A DNA stretch of 35,454 nucleotides from Lentisphaeria bacterium (GCA_963582235.1 CAUZRT010000003.1:1-35454); one strand, 5' to 3'; counted from the stretch's first letter, positions 10,167 through 19,070 are shown. The notes: generated by a model not told the origin, from the letters alone. Translations and numbers: made by a program.

Positions 10167-10394
10167 AGAGATTCGACATGGGAATTACTCATCCGATTCC
10201 GGGGTAATTTTCGCTTTTAGGTAGCACAACAAATGCCCGCATCTCGGGGCCCTTGACGGACTACATCGGCAGGTTTCCATCCGGCTTCCGTCGACTGCGG
10301 AATCGGTATATTTCGTCCGTGTCAACAGCCGGAGTTTCCATCCGTCCCTGTTGCAAAGCCAACCCCGTACAACGTGGAGCCGAGTTAGGCAATA

Positions 10395-11663
10395 ATGTAC
10401 CACAAGAATGATCCGATGAAAGTCTATATGCAGGATATAGGCGAGATCCCACTGATCACCAAGCTGGAGGAAGTTGAACTGGCCGCCAAGATCAAGGTTG
10501 GTGACGAGCTGGCGCGGCAAAAGCTGATCAAGGCCAATCTGCGTCTGGTCGTCAAAATTGCTCATGATTTCAAAGGATTCGGGCTTCCATTACTTGACCT
10601 GATATCCGAGGGGAATATCGGATTGATGCGCGCCGCCGAGAAATTCGACCCGGCCAAGGGCGCCAAGTTCAGCAGTTACTCAGCTTGGTGGATCAAGCAG
10701 TCCATGCGCCGGGCGCTGTCCCAGAAGAGCCGAACGATTCGCGTCCCCGTCGCCTCCGCCGGTAAAATCAATAAGATCCGCACGGCCAAGATCCAACTCG
10801 CCGAGAAGCTTGGCAGGGTAGCGACAGATACTGAAATCGCCGAGCATCTCGACTTTACCAAGCGAACCGTACAGGGATTGAAACTTGCCGACCTGAAAAC
10901 CTTCTCGCTTCATGATCCGATTCAAAAAGGCGAAGAAGGTAGTTTCGAGGACATCATTCCCGACTCCTCGGCGTCGACTCCCGATGAAATTATTGAAGAC
11001 ACCGAAAGCATCCAGCGTCTGCGGGGTCTCATTCACAACCTGGATGAGCGCGAAAAGACGATTCTGATCATGCGTTACGGCCTCGATGGAAATCGCCCGA
11101 AGACGTTGGAGGAGGTGAGCCGGATCATCGGCCGTACCCGCGAACGCGTCCGCCAGATTCAGATGCAGTCGCTGAAAAAACTCAAGGCCATGATCGATGA
11201 TGAGACGTTCGATAATGACGGGAAACGGCTGTTGCAGTCGCAGAAGTCGCAAGAAGAGGGTTGGCCGTCATCCGACGCTGCCGGACTGTCGAACAACGGC
11301 AAGCGCATGGCAGCAACGGATGCAGACGATATGAAAAAGGCGTCAGGCGGGCGAGCCAATTTCCGGACTAACGGCCGCAGCCAATTATTCCGTACGATGT
11401 CGAAGAATGGGCAGCCTTTGATCGATGCCAAGATTCGGCGAATGAAGAATGGGGCTCTGGGGGCTGCGAAAGCCGGACTGAGCACCCTGAAAATATCAAC
11501 CCGCAGCATGAATAGTCTGCGGTCCGTGGGTGTCCGGTCGGTGGCGGAATTGGCGTCGAAGTCTCCAGTCGAACTCCTCGGCATTCGCTTCTTTGGCGAG
11601 AAATGTCTGGCGGAGGCTCAGTTGGCGTTGGCTAAATACTACAAGGTTTCGAATCATCGGTGA
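10395..11663 (+). CDS. RpoD/RpoS-like (group-2-like) sigma70 factor fused to a C-terminal RNAP alpha-CTD domain
   Basis: Region 1.2 DPMKVYMQDIG, region 2 NLRLVV...DLISEGNIGLMRAAEKFDP...WWIKQ, region 4 TLEEV...RERVRQI. No region 1.1. The C-terminus LKISTRSMNSLRSVGVRSVAELASKSPVELLGIRFFGEKCLAEAQLAL resembles alpha-CTD. Confidence 0.9.
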   Translation: MYHKNDPMKVYMQDIGEIPLITKLEEVELAAKIKVGDELARQKLIKANLRLVVKIAHDFKGFGLPLLDLISEGNIGLMRAAEKFDPAKGAKFSSYSAWWIKQSMRRALSQKSRTIRVPVASAGKINKIRTAKIQLAEKLGRVATDTEIAEHLDFTKRTVQGLKLADLKTFSLHDPIQKGEEGSFEDIIPDSSASTPDEIIEDTESIQRLRGLIHNLDEREKTILIMRYGLDGNRPKTLEEVSRIIGRTRERVRQIQMQSLKKLKAMIDDETFDNDGKRLLQSQKSQEEGWPSSDAAGLSNNGKRMAATDADDMKKASGGRANFRTNGRSQLFRTMSKNGQPLIDAKIRRMKNGALGAAKAGLSTLKISTRSMNSLRSVGVRSVAELASKSPVELLGIRFFGEKCLAEAQLALAKYYKVSNHR

Positions 11664-11705
11664 CCTGCCTCGTTGGCCGGATGCCGATAATTGATCCGTC
11701 TGTGC

Positions 11706-11754
11706 AACAGCGCCGGCCCGGGAACGATTTCCGGGCCGGCGTTGTTTTGTTTTT
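11706..11754 (+). terminator. Rho-independent terminator after the sigma gene
   Basis: AACAGCGCCGGCCCGGGAA-CGA-TTTCCGGGCCGGCGTTGTT stem followed by TTGTTTTT. Confidence 0.85.
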
Positions 11755-11768
11755 GGCTGGGTGTTTGG

Positions 11769-11929
11769 GCGTAACTACTCAGGTGGAAGGGGGATAGTGG
11801 ACGATGGATGGTGGACAGTCGCGACCGAGTTCCAGCGTTTAACGCCAAATTAGCAAAGGCCATTTCTGTGAACATGCGACGGACGTTGGACGGATCTTCT
11901 GCCTCCACCTTCCACCTGAGTAGTTACGC
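11769..11929. mobile_element. MITE-like element, copy 1
   Basis: Perfect 22-bp inverted repeat: GCGTAACTACTCAGGTGGAAGG (11769-11790) and CCTTCCACCTGAGTAGTTACGC (11908-11929). A diverged copy lies at 33839-33974. Confidence 0.75.
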
Positions 11930-12363
11930 TCGGGCTAGTCCGAAAATTAGCGATCCTATAATGATTGTCCAGCGGCCGGGCGCCAGCCACCGCCAGCCTC
12001 CTCACGTGCGGCATTGAATCGTAATTTCCGGCAGATTCGCCGTCAGCGGCGGCGGTTCACGCGTCACCGTTGCCCGGCGAAGGGGTCGGGGAGAGAAATC
12101 GAGAGGTGGATCAAATCAGTATGGTGGGCGCTAGGTTCCGGCGATGAGAACATAGCGGGCTTGCACTCTCGCTCGGGTCAAGCTGCCAACCTCCGGCCGG
12201 CCGGATCGATCCGACGCGGCCATGCGCTGCCAGCCACAGCCCGCGGTTGCCGCACACTCTGCCACGAACTCACCTGAAATTCACGTGCGGCTGCTATGCA
12301 GATACTTGACGCCGGACTATAATCCACGAATGCATCGGCGGTTTTACACAAACCGGAGCCCGA

Positions 12364-12384
12364 TATCGGCTATCGGCTATCGGG
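12364..12384. repeat. Heptamer tandem repeat (TATCGGC)
   Basis: TATCGGC TATCGGC TATCGGG. Confidence 0.6.
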
Positions 12385-12427
12385 ATCGCTTATGGCGGGG
12401 CTAGTAGTCCGCACAGCGTACTTAAGG

Positions 12428-12640
12428 TGACGGAAAATACCCAAATACCCAAGGGATGTCACAATCCGAATGGCGAAGCTATTTGCGGTCGTGGGTCGGC
12501 CGGTCTCTCCCGCACCTAATGACGAGTGACGACGTTGCTTTCGCCTGTGCGCGTCCGGTCGTTTGGACGGCGGATTTGGAATTTCCCGCCAGGGGGGGCG
12601 GCCAGGCTGTCATTCCCTTGGGTATTTGGGTATTTCGTCA
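12428..12640. repeat. Inverted-repeat element at the aspS 3' end (second MITE-like type)
   Basis: Perfect 22-bp IR: AAATACCCAAATACCCAAGGGA (12435-12456) and TCCCTTGGGTATTTGGGTATTT (12614-12635). It extends imperfectly to TGACG/CGTCA, which includes the aspS stop codon. Confidence 0.7.
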
Positions 12641-14425
12641 TTCCTTGCGGCTCGATTTCGGCATCTGCACTCGGATGTGCAATTCGCGTAACTGGCGCTC
12701 GGTGACTTCCGACGGGGCGCTCATCATCAGATCCTGCGCCTGCTGATTCATTGGAAAGGCGATGACTTCGCGAATGTTCTGTGCCTTCGCCAGCAGCATG
12801 ACGATGCGATCGATTCCCGGGGCAATGCCGCCATGGGGCGGCGCGCCGTACCGAAAGGCATTGATCAGACCGGGGAACTTCGTGTCGACCACAGCGGGAC
12901 CGTGCCCGGCAATCTCGAACGCCTTGTACATGATCTCCCGGCGGTGATTCCGAATCGCACCGCTGGACAGTTCGAGGCCGTTGCACACCAGATCATACTG
13001 GTAGGCAAGGATCTCAAGGGGGTTCTGCGTTTCCAGCGCCGCCATCTCGCCCTGAGGCATTGAAAACGGATTGTGCGAAAATCCGATCTCGCCGGTTGAA
13101 TCGTCACGCTCGAACATCGGATAATCGACAATCCAACAGAAACGGTAGGCATTCGCCTCGAGCAGATCCAATCGGTTCGCCAGTTCCGTCCGCACGGCTG
13201 CGCCGATTTCACAGGCGCCCTTCTCTTTGTCGGCGATAAAGAACATCACATCGCCGTCTTCAATCTGCCCCGCCTGCTTTAATTTCTCAAGGGTATCCGG
13301 CGACAGAAACTTGACAATGGGGCTGCGCTCCTCGCCATTTTTCCAGCCGATATAGGCCAGCCCCTTGGCGCCGACGGACTGGGCATAGGCGATCATGTCG
13401 TCAAAGAATTTGCGCGGCTGATCGACAATCCCCTTCACGGAAATCGCCCGCACCACACCGCCTTTCTTGACGACTCCGGCAAAGGCATTGAATGCGGAGT
13501 CCGCAAATGCTGCCGTCACGTCGATGAGGCGCAGCGGGTTGCGTAAGTCGGGCTTGTCACTGCCGAATTCGAACAGTGCCTGTTTATATGGAATCCGGAC
13601 GAAGGGCGCTGCCGCGACATGTGCGTCTTCGGAGAACTCCGAGAAGACACCTGTCATGACCGCTTCGACGACCCCGAAGATGTCATCCTGGGTGGCAAAC
13701 GACATTTCCAAGTCCAATTGGTAAAACTCGCCCGGCGAGCGATCGGCGCGGGAATCCTCATCGCGGAAACACGGGGCGATTTGAAAGTAGCGGTCGAACC
13801 CGGCGACCATCAGGAGTTGCTTGAAGATTTGCGGCGCCTGGGGAAGCGCATAGAATTTACCCGGATGCAGTCGGCTGGGCACAAGAAAATCGCGGGCGCC
13901 CTCCGGTGAGCTTGATGTCAGGATCGGCGTCTGGATCTCGTTGAAGCTCAGATCGACCATGCGCCGGCGAATACTTGCAATGATGGCCGATCGCAGACGG
14001 ATGCCGGTCTGCAGTGCCTCCCGGCGCAGATCCAGGAATCGGTAACGCAGGCGGGTGCTCTCCGGGCACGGCATCTCATCGGCGACGCTGATCGGCAGGA
14101 TCTCGGCGCGGCTCAATACCGTCATGGTTTCGGCGACCAGCTCGATTTCGCCGGTGGCGAGCTTTTTATTGACTGTCTCTGGATCTCGCCGGACCACCTC
14201 GCCGGTGAAAGAGACGACGGATTCGAGGCGCCAATGGTGCACGTCTTCATAAAATTCGCGTTCCGGCCGGACGACAATCTGGGTCAGCCCGTAGTGGTCG
14301 CGAAGGTCGAGAAATACAATCCCGCCATGATCCCGGACGCGATGGATCCAACCCGACAAACGCGCGGTCTGTCCGATGTGTTCAGGACGCAAATCATCGC
14401 AGGTGTGTGTTCGATATTGATGCAT
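12638..14425 (-). CDS. aspS: Aspartate--tRNA ligase
   Basis: YRTHTC, RDHGG, PEGARDF, LPQAPQ, FRDED, GGIAPGIDR and VIAFP motifs. Start placed at ATG 14425 (MHQYRTH). Confidence 0.98.
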   Translation of the reverse strand: MHQYRTHTCDDLRPEHIGQTARLSGWIHRVRDHGGIVFLDLRDHYGLTQIVVRPEREFYEDVHHWRLESVVSFTGEVVRRDPETVNKKLATGEIELVAETMTVLSRAEILPISVADEMPCPESTRLRYRFLDLRREALQTGIRLRSAIIASIRRRMVDLSFNEIQTPILTSSSPEGARDFLVPSRLHPGKFYALPQAPQIFKQLLMVAGFDRYFQIAPCFRDEDSRADRSPGEFYQLDLEMSFATQDDIFGVVEAVMTGVFSEFSEDAHVAAAPFVRIPYKQALFEFGSDKPDLRNPLRLIDVTAAFADSAFNAFAGVVKKGGVVRAISVKGIVDQPRKFFDDMIAYAQSVGAKGLAYIGWKNGEERSPIVKFLSPDTLEKLKQAGQIEDGDVMFFIADKEKGACEIGAAVRTELANRLDLLEANAYRFCWIVDYPMFERDDSTGEIGFSHNPFSMPQGEMAALETQNPLEILAYQYDLVCNGLELSSGAIRNHRREIMYKAFEIAGHGPAVVDTKFPGLINAFRYGAPPHGGIAPGIDRIVMLLAKAQNIREVIAFPMNQQAQDLMMSAPSEVTERQLRELHIRVQMPKSSRKE

Positions 14426-14582
14426 CTGCCTTGCCGCAGCCGCCGGTAATTTCCCGGGGCGCATCTGTGAATTGGTCAATTGCAGACCCCGTTAAATCCC
14501 GTCACGGCATTCGTAAGCGGATCGTGTATGATCAAAAAAATACATAATTTAATACGAATCCATGAAAATAGAAAGAACGCGA

Positions 14583-15209
14583 TCAAATTGATAGCTGTCC
14601 CCGGGTCTTGGTTTCAACGTCGCGGCGGCACCAGCACTCCACCAGGCGCGCCTGTTCCGCCGCGGGCAGGAAGCAGCCGCGGCGGCGGCGCCGGTAGACA
14701 GCCGAAAAATGTTGCAGCAGTATTGCCGTGGCGACCGAGATATTGAGGCTTGGCGTAAAACCGGACATGGGAATAGTGATGAATGCGTCGCAGGCGGCGA
14801 GGAGTTCATCACTCAGTCCGTCCGCCTCGTTGCCGGCCAAGACCGCGATTTTGGCCGGCAGGGAAATTTCTGAGAACGCCGGAGCTTCGGGATTCGGGAC
14901 GGTGCCGAGCAAGATGAAGCCCCGGGCGCGCAGCGACTCGACGGCCCGCTGAGCGGTATCGTGACATTGGACATCGAGCCAACGGTCCGCGTACTGCGAC
15001 ACATGCTCGTTGATTTCGTACGGTCGCGGGCTAACAACATGCACCGATGGCAACCCGAAGGCCTCGGCGCTGCGGATGCATGCACTGATATTGTGCGGGT
15101 CCGTCAGATTCTCGGAGAGTAGTGTCAGGCAATTCAGCCGCGTCGCGGCGATCCTACGAAACCGTTCGAGCCGGTCGTTTGTAAGTAACTGTTCAACAAG
15201 AGGGTCCAT
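14583..15209 (-). CDS. trmH: SpoU/TrmH family RNA 2'-O-methyltransferase
   Basis: DPHNISACIRSAEAFG, GNEADGLS and IPMSGFTPSLNISVA motifs. Confidence 0.85.
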   Translation of the reverse strand: MDPLVEQLLTNDRLERFRRIAATRLNCLTLLSENLTDPHNISACIRSAEAFGLPSVHVVSPRPYEINEHVSQYADRWLDVQCHDTAQRAVESLRARGFILLGTVPNPEAPAFSEISLPAKIAVLAGNEADGLSDELLAACDAFITIPMSGFTPSLNISVATAILLQHFSAVYRRRRRGCFLPAAEQARLVECWCRRDVETKTRGQLSI

Positions 15210-15364
15210 AAGATTGTTAATATAGGCCCGTCGAGCGATACCCACACTGTGGCCGGCGGTGACAACTCATTTGACTTCCAACGCGCGTTACAACGGATAT
15301 ATTCAGTAACAGCGCCTGTCAACGCGCGTGCCGTAATTTATTGAAATGCTGGAGGGTGAGCACT

Positions 15365-16507
15365 GTGACCGATAGTTCGCGCAATAGCGCCGCGGCCGCC
15401 GACGCCGATTCGAACCGCGATCCTGCGGCCGGAGAATTTGATTCCCGGCAGTTCGTGCGGTTTGCTTTTTACAAGCTCGACCGCACCTGGCTGTCGCTGC
15501 CGCCGGAGCAGCAGATGGACAGCAAGGCAGGGTTTATTGACATGGTCAAGAACTTCAGCCGCCGGATGCTGTTGAAGTCGTATTCGCTGGTCGGCATCCG
15601 GGGCGATGTCGACTTCCTGCTTTGGCAGATTGCTTATCAGCCCGACATATTCCAACAGTTCGAAACAAAGATTCGAGACACGCGGTTGGGACAATTTTTG
15701 ACAACGCCGCACGCGTACTTCGCCCAGACCAAGCGGAGCATTTACGACATCCCCGGCGAGGAGGACGGCGACCTGCAGCGACTCATTATCGATCCGGGCG
15801 AGCGAAATTATCTTTTTGTTTACCCATTTGTCAAGACACGTGCTTGGTACGCGCTTGATATGGACGCCCGGCAGCGGATGATCGATGAGCATATCCAGGT
15901 GGGGCGAAAGTTTCCGAATATCCGTCTCAATACTACGTATTCCTATGGCCTCGACGATCAGGAGTTTGTGGTTGCGTTCGAGACCGACGATGCGGGCGAT
16001 TTTCTCAATCTTGTCATGGAGTTGCGCGAGACCGAGGCCAGCGCTTACACCCTCAAAGACACACCGACATTTACCTGTATCTCGTGCAGTCTGCCGGAAA
16101 TGCTCGACAGCCTCGGCGGCGAGCCGGTGCAGATTGCCGCGGGCGAAAGTGAGGGTGACGGCTGGGTCAGCATTGCGCGGCTCGACGAGATTCCGGCCGG
16201 GCAACCGCAGCTCGTTTTTGCCGGCTCGCGCCAGCTTGCCCTTTTCAATATTGACGGTCGAATTTTTGCCGTCGACAATCGGTGCCCGCATTCGCGCGGC
16301 CCGCTGTGCCACGGTCGGCTCGGCCGCATCGGCAATGGCGAGACCGACGGCTCGGGGCATCCGACGATCTCGTGTCCATGGCATCATGCGACATTCGATC
16401 TTATCACCGGCGCCGCGCAGCCTGGGAGTATCACCGAAACACCGGTGCCGGTGTACGATGTAAAAGTCACGGACGGCATCGTATCCGTGCACATCGCCCA
16501 TCCGTGA
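15365..16507 (+). CDS. chdC: Coproheme decarboxylase (ChdC/HemQ, Cld superfamily) fused to a C-terminal Rieske [2Fe-2S] domain
   Basis: YPFVK...WY, MIDEH and SYGLDDQEF motifs, then Rieske CPHSRGPL...CPWH. Adjacent to hemE and a ferrochelatase. GGAGG precedes GTG 15365. Confidence 0.8.
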   Translation: MTDSSRNSAAAADADSNRDPAAGEFDSRQFVRFAFYKLDRTWLSLPPEQQMDSKAGFIDMVKNFSRRMLLKSYSLVGIRGDVDFLLWQIAYQPDIFQQFETKIRDTRLGQFLTTPHAYFAQTKRSIYDIPGEEDGDLQRLIIDPGERNYLFVYPFVKTRAWYALDMDARQRMIDEHIQVGRKFPNIRLNTTYSYGLDDQEFVVAFETDDAGDFLNLVMELRETEASAYTLKDTPTFTCISCSLPEMLDSLGGEPVQIAAGESEGDGWVSIARLDEIPAGQPQLVFAGSRQLALFNIDGRIFAVDNRCPHSRGPLCHGRLGRIGNGETDGSGHPTISCPWHHATFDLITGAAQPGSITETPVPVYDVKVTDGIVSVHIAHP

Positions 16508-16553
16508 GCATGAGAGGGTTCAGGCTCACGTCATCCTTCAGGAATGCCGCTTC

Positions 16554-17609
16554 ATGGCACGTGCCGATCGATTCTTGAGAGCCTGCCGCCGGCAGCCAAC
16601 GGACGCGACGCCGATCTGGCTGATGCGTCAGGCCGGTCGATATCTGCCCGAATATCAGCGGCTCAAACAGCAATACTCGATTCTCGAATTGGTCAAGAAT
16701 CCGGATCTCGCCGTCGAGATTACGCTGCAGCCGGTGCACGCCTTCGAGGTCGATGCCGCCATTATATTCGCCGATATCCTGCCGCTTCTGGAAGGAATGG
16801 GATTGCGTCTTCGGTTTGTCGAGGGCAACGGCCCGGTCATTGACAACCCGCTGCGGGAGTCGGCCGATATCGACGCCCTGGCCATACCGGCGGCGGATGA
16901 AGCGTTCGACTTCACCATGCGCGCTATCCGCAGCGTTCGCCAATCGCTTGCCGGTAAAGTGCCGCTCATTGGCTTTTCCGGGGCGCCGTTTACTTTGGCA
17001 TGTTATGCTGTCGAGGGACGCTCGAGTAAGGACTTCGCATCGGTTAAGCGGTTGCTCTATAACCAGCCCAGAATGTGGCACCGGCTGCTCGAAAAGCTGG
17101 CCGCGGCGGTTGCCAATTACGCCCGCTGCCAGATTGCCGCGGGCGCCCAGGCGATTCAGCTGTTTGACTCATGGGCCGGCGTGCTCAGTCCGCATGATTA
17201 TCATGAATATGTGCTGCCGCACGTCCGCCGTGTTATAGGGGAAATTAAAGAAATGGACGTAACGATCCCGGTTATCTATTTCGGGACCGGCACCGCGGGT
17301 TATCTGCCGCTCTTCAAGCAGGCGGGCTGCGATGTCCTGGGCGTCGACTGGCGAATTTCCCTTTCCGATGCCTGGGCTCAAGTCGGCGACGACTTGGCGT
17401 TGCAGGGAAACCTCGACCCGGCCGTGCTGCAGGCGCCGCTGGCTGAAGTGCGACGCCAGGCCGCCTGCATCCTGGACGACGTCAAGGGCCGTAACGGCCA
17501 CATATTCAACCTCGGCCACGGCGTCACCAAGGAAACCCCGGTCGAGGCTGTCGACGAGCTGGTCAATTTCGTTCACGAGTACACGCGCAACGGGACGATG
17601 GGGGCATGA
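16554..17609 (+). CDS. hemE: Uroporphyrinogen decarboxylase
   Basis: WLMRQAGRYLPEY, FADIL, QLFDSW, QGNLDP and FNLGHG motifs. Confidence 0.98.
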   Translation: MARADRFLRACRRQPTDATPIWLMRQAGRYLPEYQRLKQQYSILELVKNPDLAVEITLQPVHAFEVDAAIIFADILPLLEGMGLRLRFVEGNGPVIDNPLRESADIDALAIPAADEAFDFTMRAIRSVRQSLAGKVPLIGFSGAPFTLACYAVEGRSSKDFASVKRLLYNQPRMWHRLLEKLAAAVANYARCQIAAGAQAIQLFDSWAGVLSPHDYHEYVLPHVRRVIGEIKEMDVTIPVIYFGTGTAGYLPLFKQAGCDVLGVDWRISLSDAWAQVGDDLALQGNLDPAVLQAPLAEVRRQAACILDDVKGRNGHIFNLGHGVTKETPVEAVDELVNFVHEYTRNGTMGA

Positions 17610-17673
17610 GTGGGGTCGGAATGTTCTCTCAAGCCAGGATTAACGAATGCGGGTGCTGAGTGACGCCTTTCAG

Positions 17674-17908
17674 TCCGCCGGCTGGCGGATCCTTGTCCCC
17701 AGTCCCGATCCGCAAGAGTCGGGACGGTCCTCGTCCTCGGAGCGCGTCAGCGCGATCTTCGGACGTTAAAATGAAGCAATAGGAATCGAGGACGAGGACG
17801 ACGCGAGTCGCGTTGCGACAACGTCCCTCACGCGATACAGAACGTCCGGGCTCGGAAACGCGGACTGGAGGCGATCCAGACAGTTGAGCTGATCCGTCGG
17901 CTGACGGA
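17674..17908. repeat. Cluster of short palindromes and an inverted repeat in the hemE-hemH spacer
   Basis: TCCGCCGGCTGGCGGA (17674-17689), GTCCCGA...TCGGGAC (17702-17725), the IR GTCCTCGTCCTCG (17727-17739) / CGAGGACGAGGAC (17787-17799), and TCCGTCGGCTGACGGA (17893-17908). Confidence 0.65.
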
Positions 17909-18120
17909 GTAATTCGCGCGATCAATCACTAGCCGAGTTGGCATCAATGCAGCGATCCGTGAGCCGCCGGCCGTCGGCGGCTGCAGCTCACTTCCGCGTT
18001 CCATTCCCCCATGGACCGGATCCGCTGCCGCTGGCGAGCGGTATACGAGTTCGCTGTTCGCTGAGCGATTGCCCGCGGCGCTTTGGTTTTATCCCATTCA
18101 AACGACACTATTCTGCCGCT

Positions 18121-19038
18121 ATGAGCCCGCCATCTGCAGTCCTGATACTCGCCTACGGCAGTCCCGAATCCCTCGACGATATTGAGGCATACCTGCTGGA
18201 TATCCGCGGCGGCCGCCCGACTTCACCCGGGTTGGTTGCCGAAATCAAAGACCGCTACGCCCGGATCGGTGGTGCATCCCCCCTCTACCGCATCACGGTT
18301 GCCCAGGCACAAGCCACCGCTGCGGTCCTGCGAGACCGTGGATTCGACGTGCCGGTCTATACCGGAATGCGCCATTGGCAGCCTCGCATTCACGAGACCG
18401 TATCCAAAATGGCGGCTGCCGGTGTTCGTCAGGCGGTTGCCATCGTCATGGCGCCCCACTACTCGGCGCTTAGCATCAGCCGCTACTGGCAGGCGATCGC
18501 GGCTGCCAATAGTGAGCTGGCCGATCCCATTTGCTTTCGGTATGTCGACACGTGGTGGGACCAGCCGTCCTTGCTGGACGCACAGACGGCGGCGGTCGCG
18601 GATGCACTTGCGACCGTGCCGGACTGGAAGAATCAGAAGCTTAAGGCGGTCTTCTCGGCCCACAGCCTGCCGGCGCGCTACCTCGATCCTGGTGATCCGT
18701 ATCAGGACCAGTTTCTCGGCAACGCCCAAGCCATCGCAGCTCGATTCGATGGGCTTGATTGGATGCTTGCGTATCAGAGCGCCGGCGTCGACGGCGGGGA
18801 TTGGCTGGGGCCGCTAATCGAGGACGTGATTCCGGATCTCGGGCGCCAAAACTACGACACTGTACTCATCGCACCCATCGGCTTTGTCTGTGACCATGTC
18901 GAGATTCTCTATGACCTTGATATCGAAGCGCGGGCGATCGCTGAGCACAACGGCCTGGCGCTCATCCGAACAGAATCAATGAACACAGCGCCAATGTTTG
19001 TCGCCGCCATCGCCGATGCGGTGATGAGCGAAACTTAA
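18121..19038 (+). CDS. hemH: Ferrochelatase, coproporphyrin (CpfC)-like
   Basis: LAYGSP, IRGGR, Y..IGGASPL, FSAHSLP, WLGP and GFVCDHVEILYDLD, resembling the Bacillus-type enzyme. Start at ATG 18121. Confidence 0.93.
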   Translation: MSPPSAVLILAYGSPESLDDIEAYLLDIRGGRPTSPGLVAEIKDRYARIGGASPLYRITVAQAQATAAVLRDRGFDVPVYTGMRHWQPRIHETVSKMAAAGVRQAVAIVMAPHYSALSISRYWQAIAAANSELADPICFRYVDTWWDQPSLLDAQTAAVADALATVPDWKNQKLKAVFSAHSLPARYLDPGDPYQDQFLGNAQAIAARFDGLDWMLAYQSAGVDGGDWLGPLIEDVIPDLGRQNYDTVLIAPIGFVCDHVEILYDLDIEARAIAEHNGLALIRTESMNTAPMFVAAIADAVMSET

Positions 19039-19069
19039 TTAGAAAACGTCGTGTACGACGTTTTCTAAT
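19038..19069. terminator. Bidirectional terminator between convergent hemH and pheT
   Basis: Perfect hairpin ATTAGAAAACGTCGT-GT-ACGACGTTTTCTAAT. Confidence 0.8.
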
Positions 19070-19070
19070 G

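Noticed and set aside
11654-11908. Peptide shared by both MITE copies on the minus strand (MFTEMAFANLALNAGTR vs MLTEITFADVALDAGTR)
   Set aside because: The similarity follows from the DNA repeat. The 21-bp in-frame indel equals three heptamers, the stops differ and there is no SD. More copies and a dN/dS test would be needed.
11930-12427. Possible housekeeping ncRNA (tmRNA, RNase P, SRP, 6S) in the long intergenic gap
   Set aside because: No signature motif was recognised. TTGACG and TATAAT near 12306-12323 are only 6 bp apart, so they do not form a promoter.
15365-16110. Chlorite dismutase / perchlorate respiration
   Set aside because: The distal Arg is absent, the ChdC YPFxK motif is present, and the gene sits among haem biosynthesis genes.
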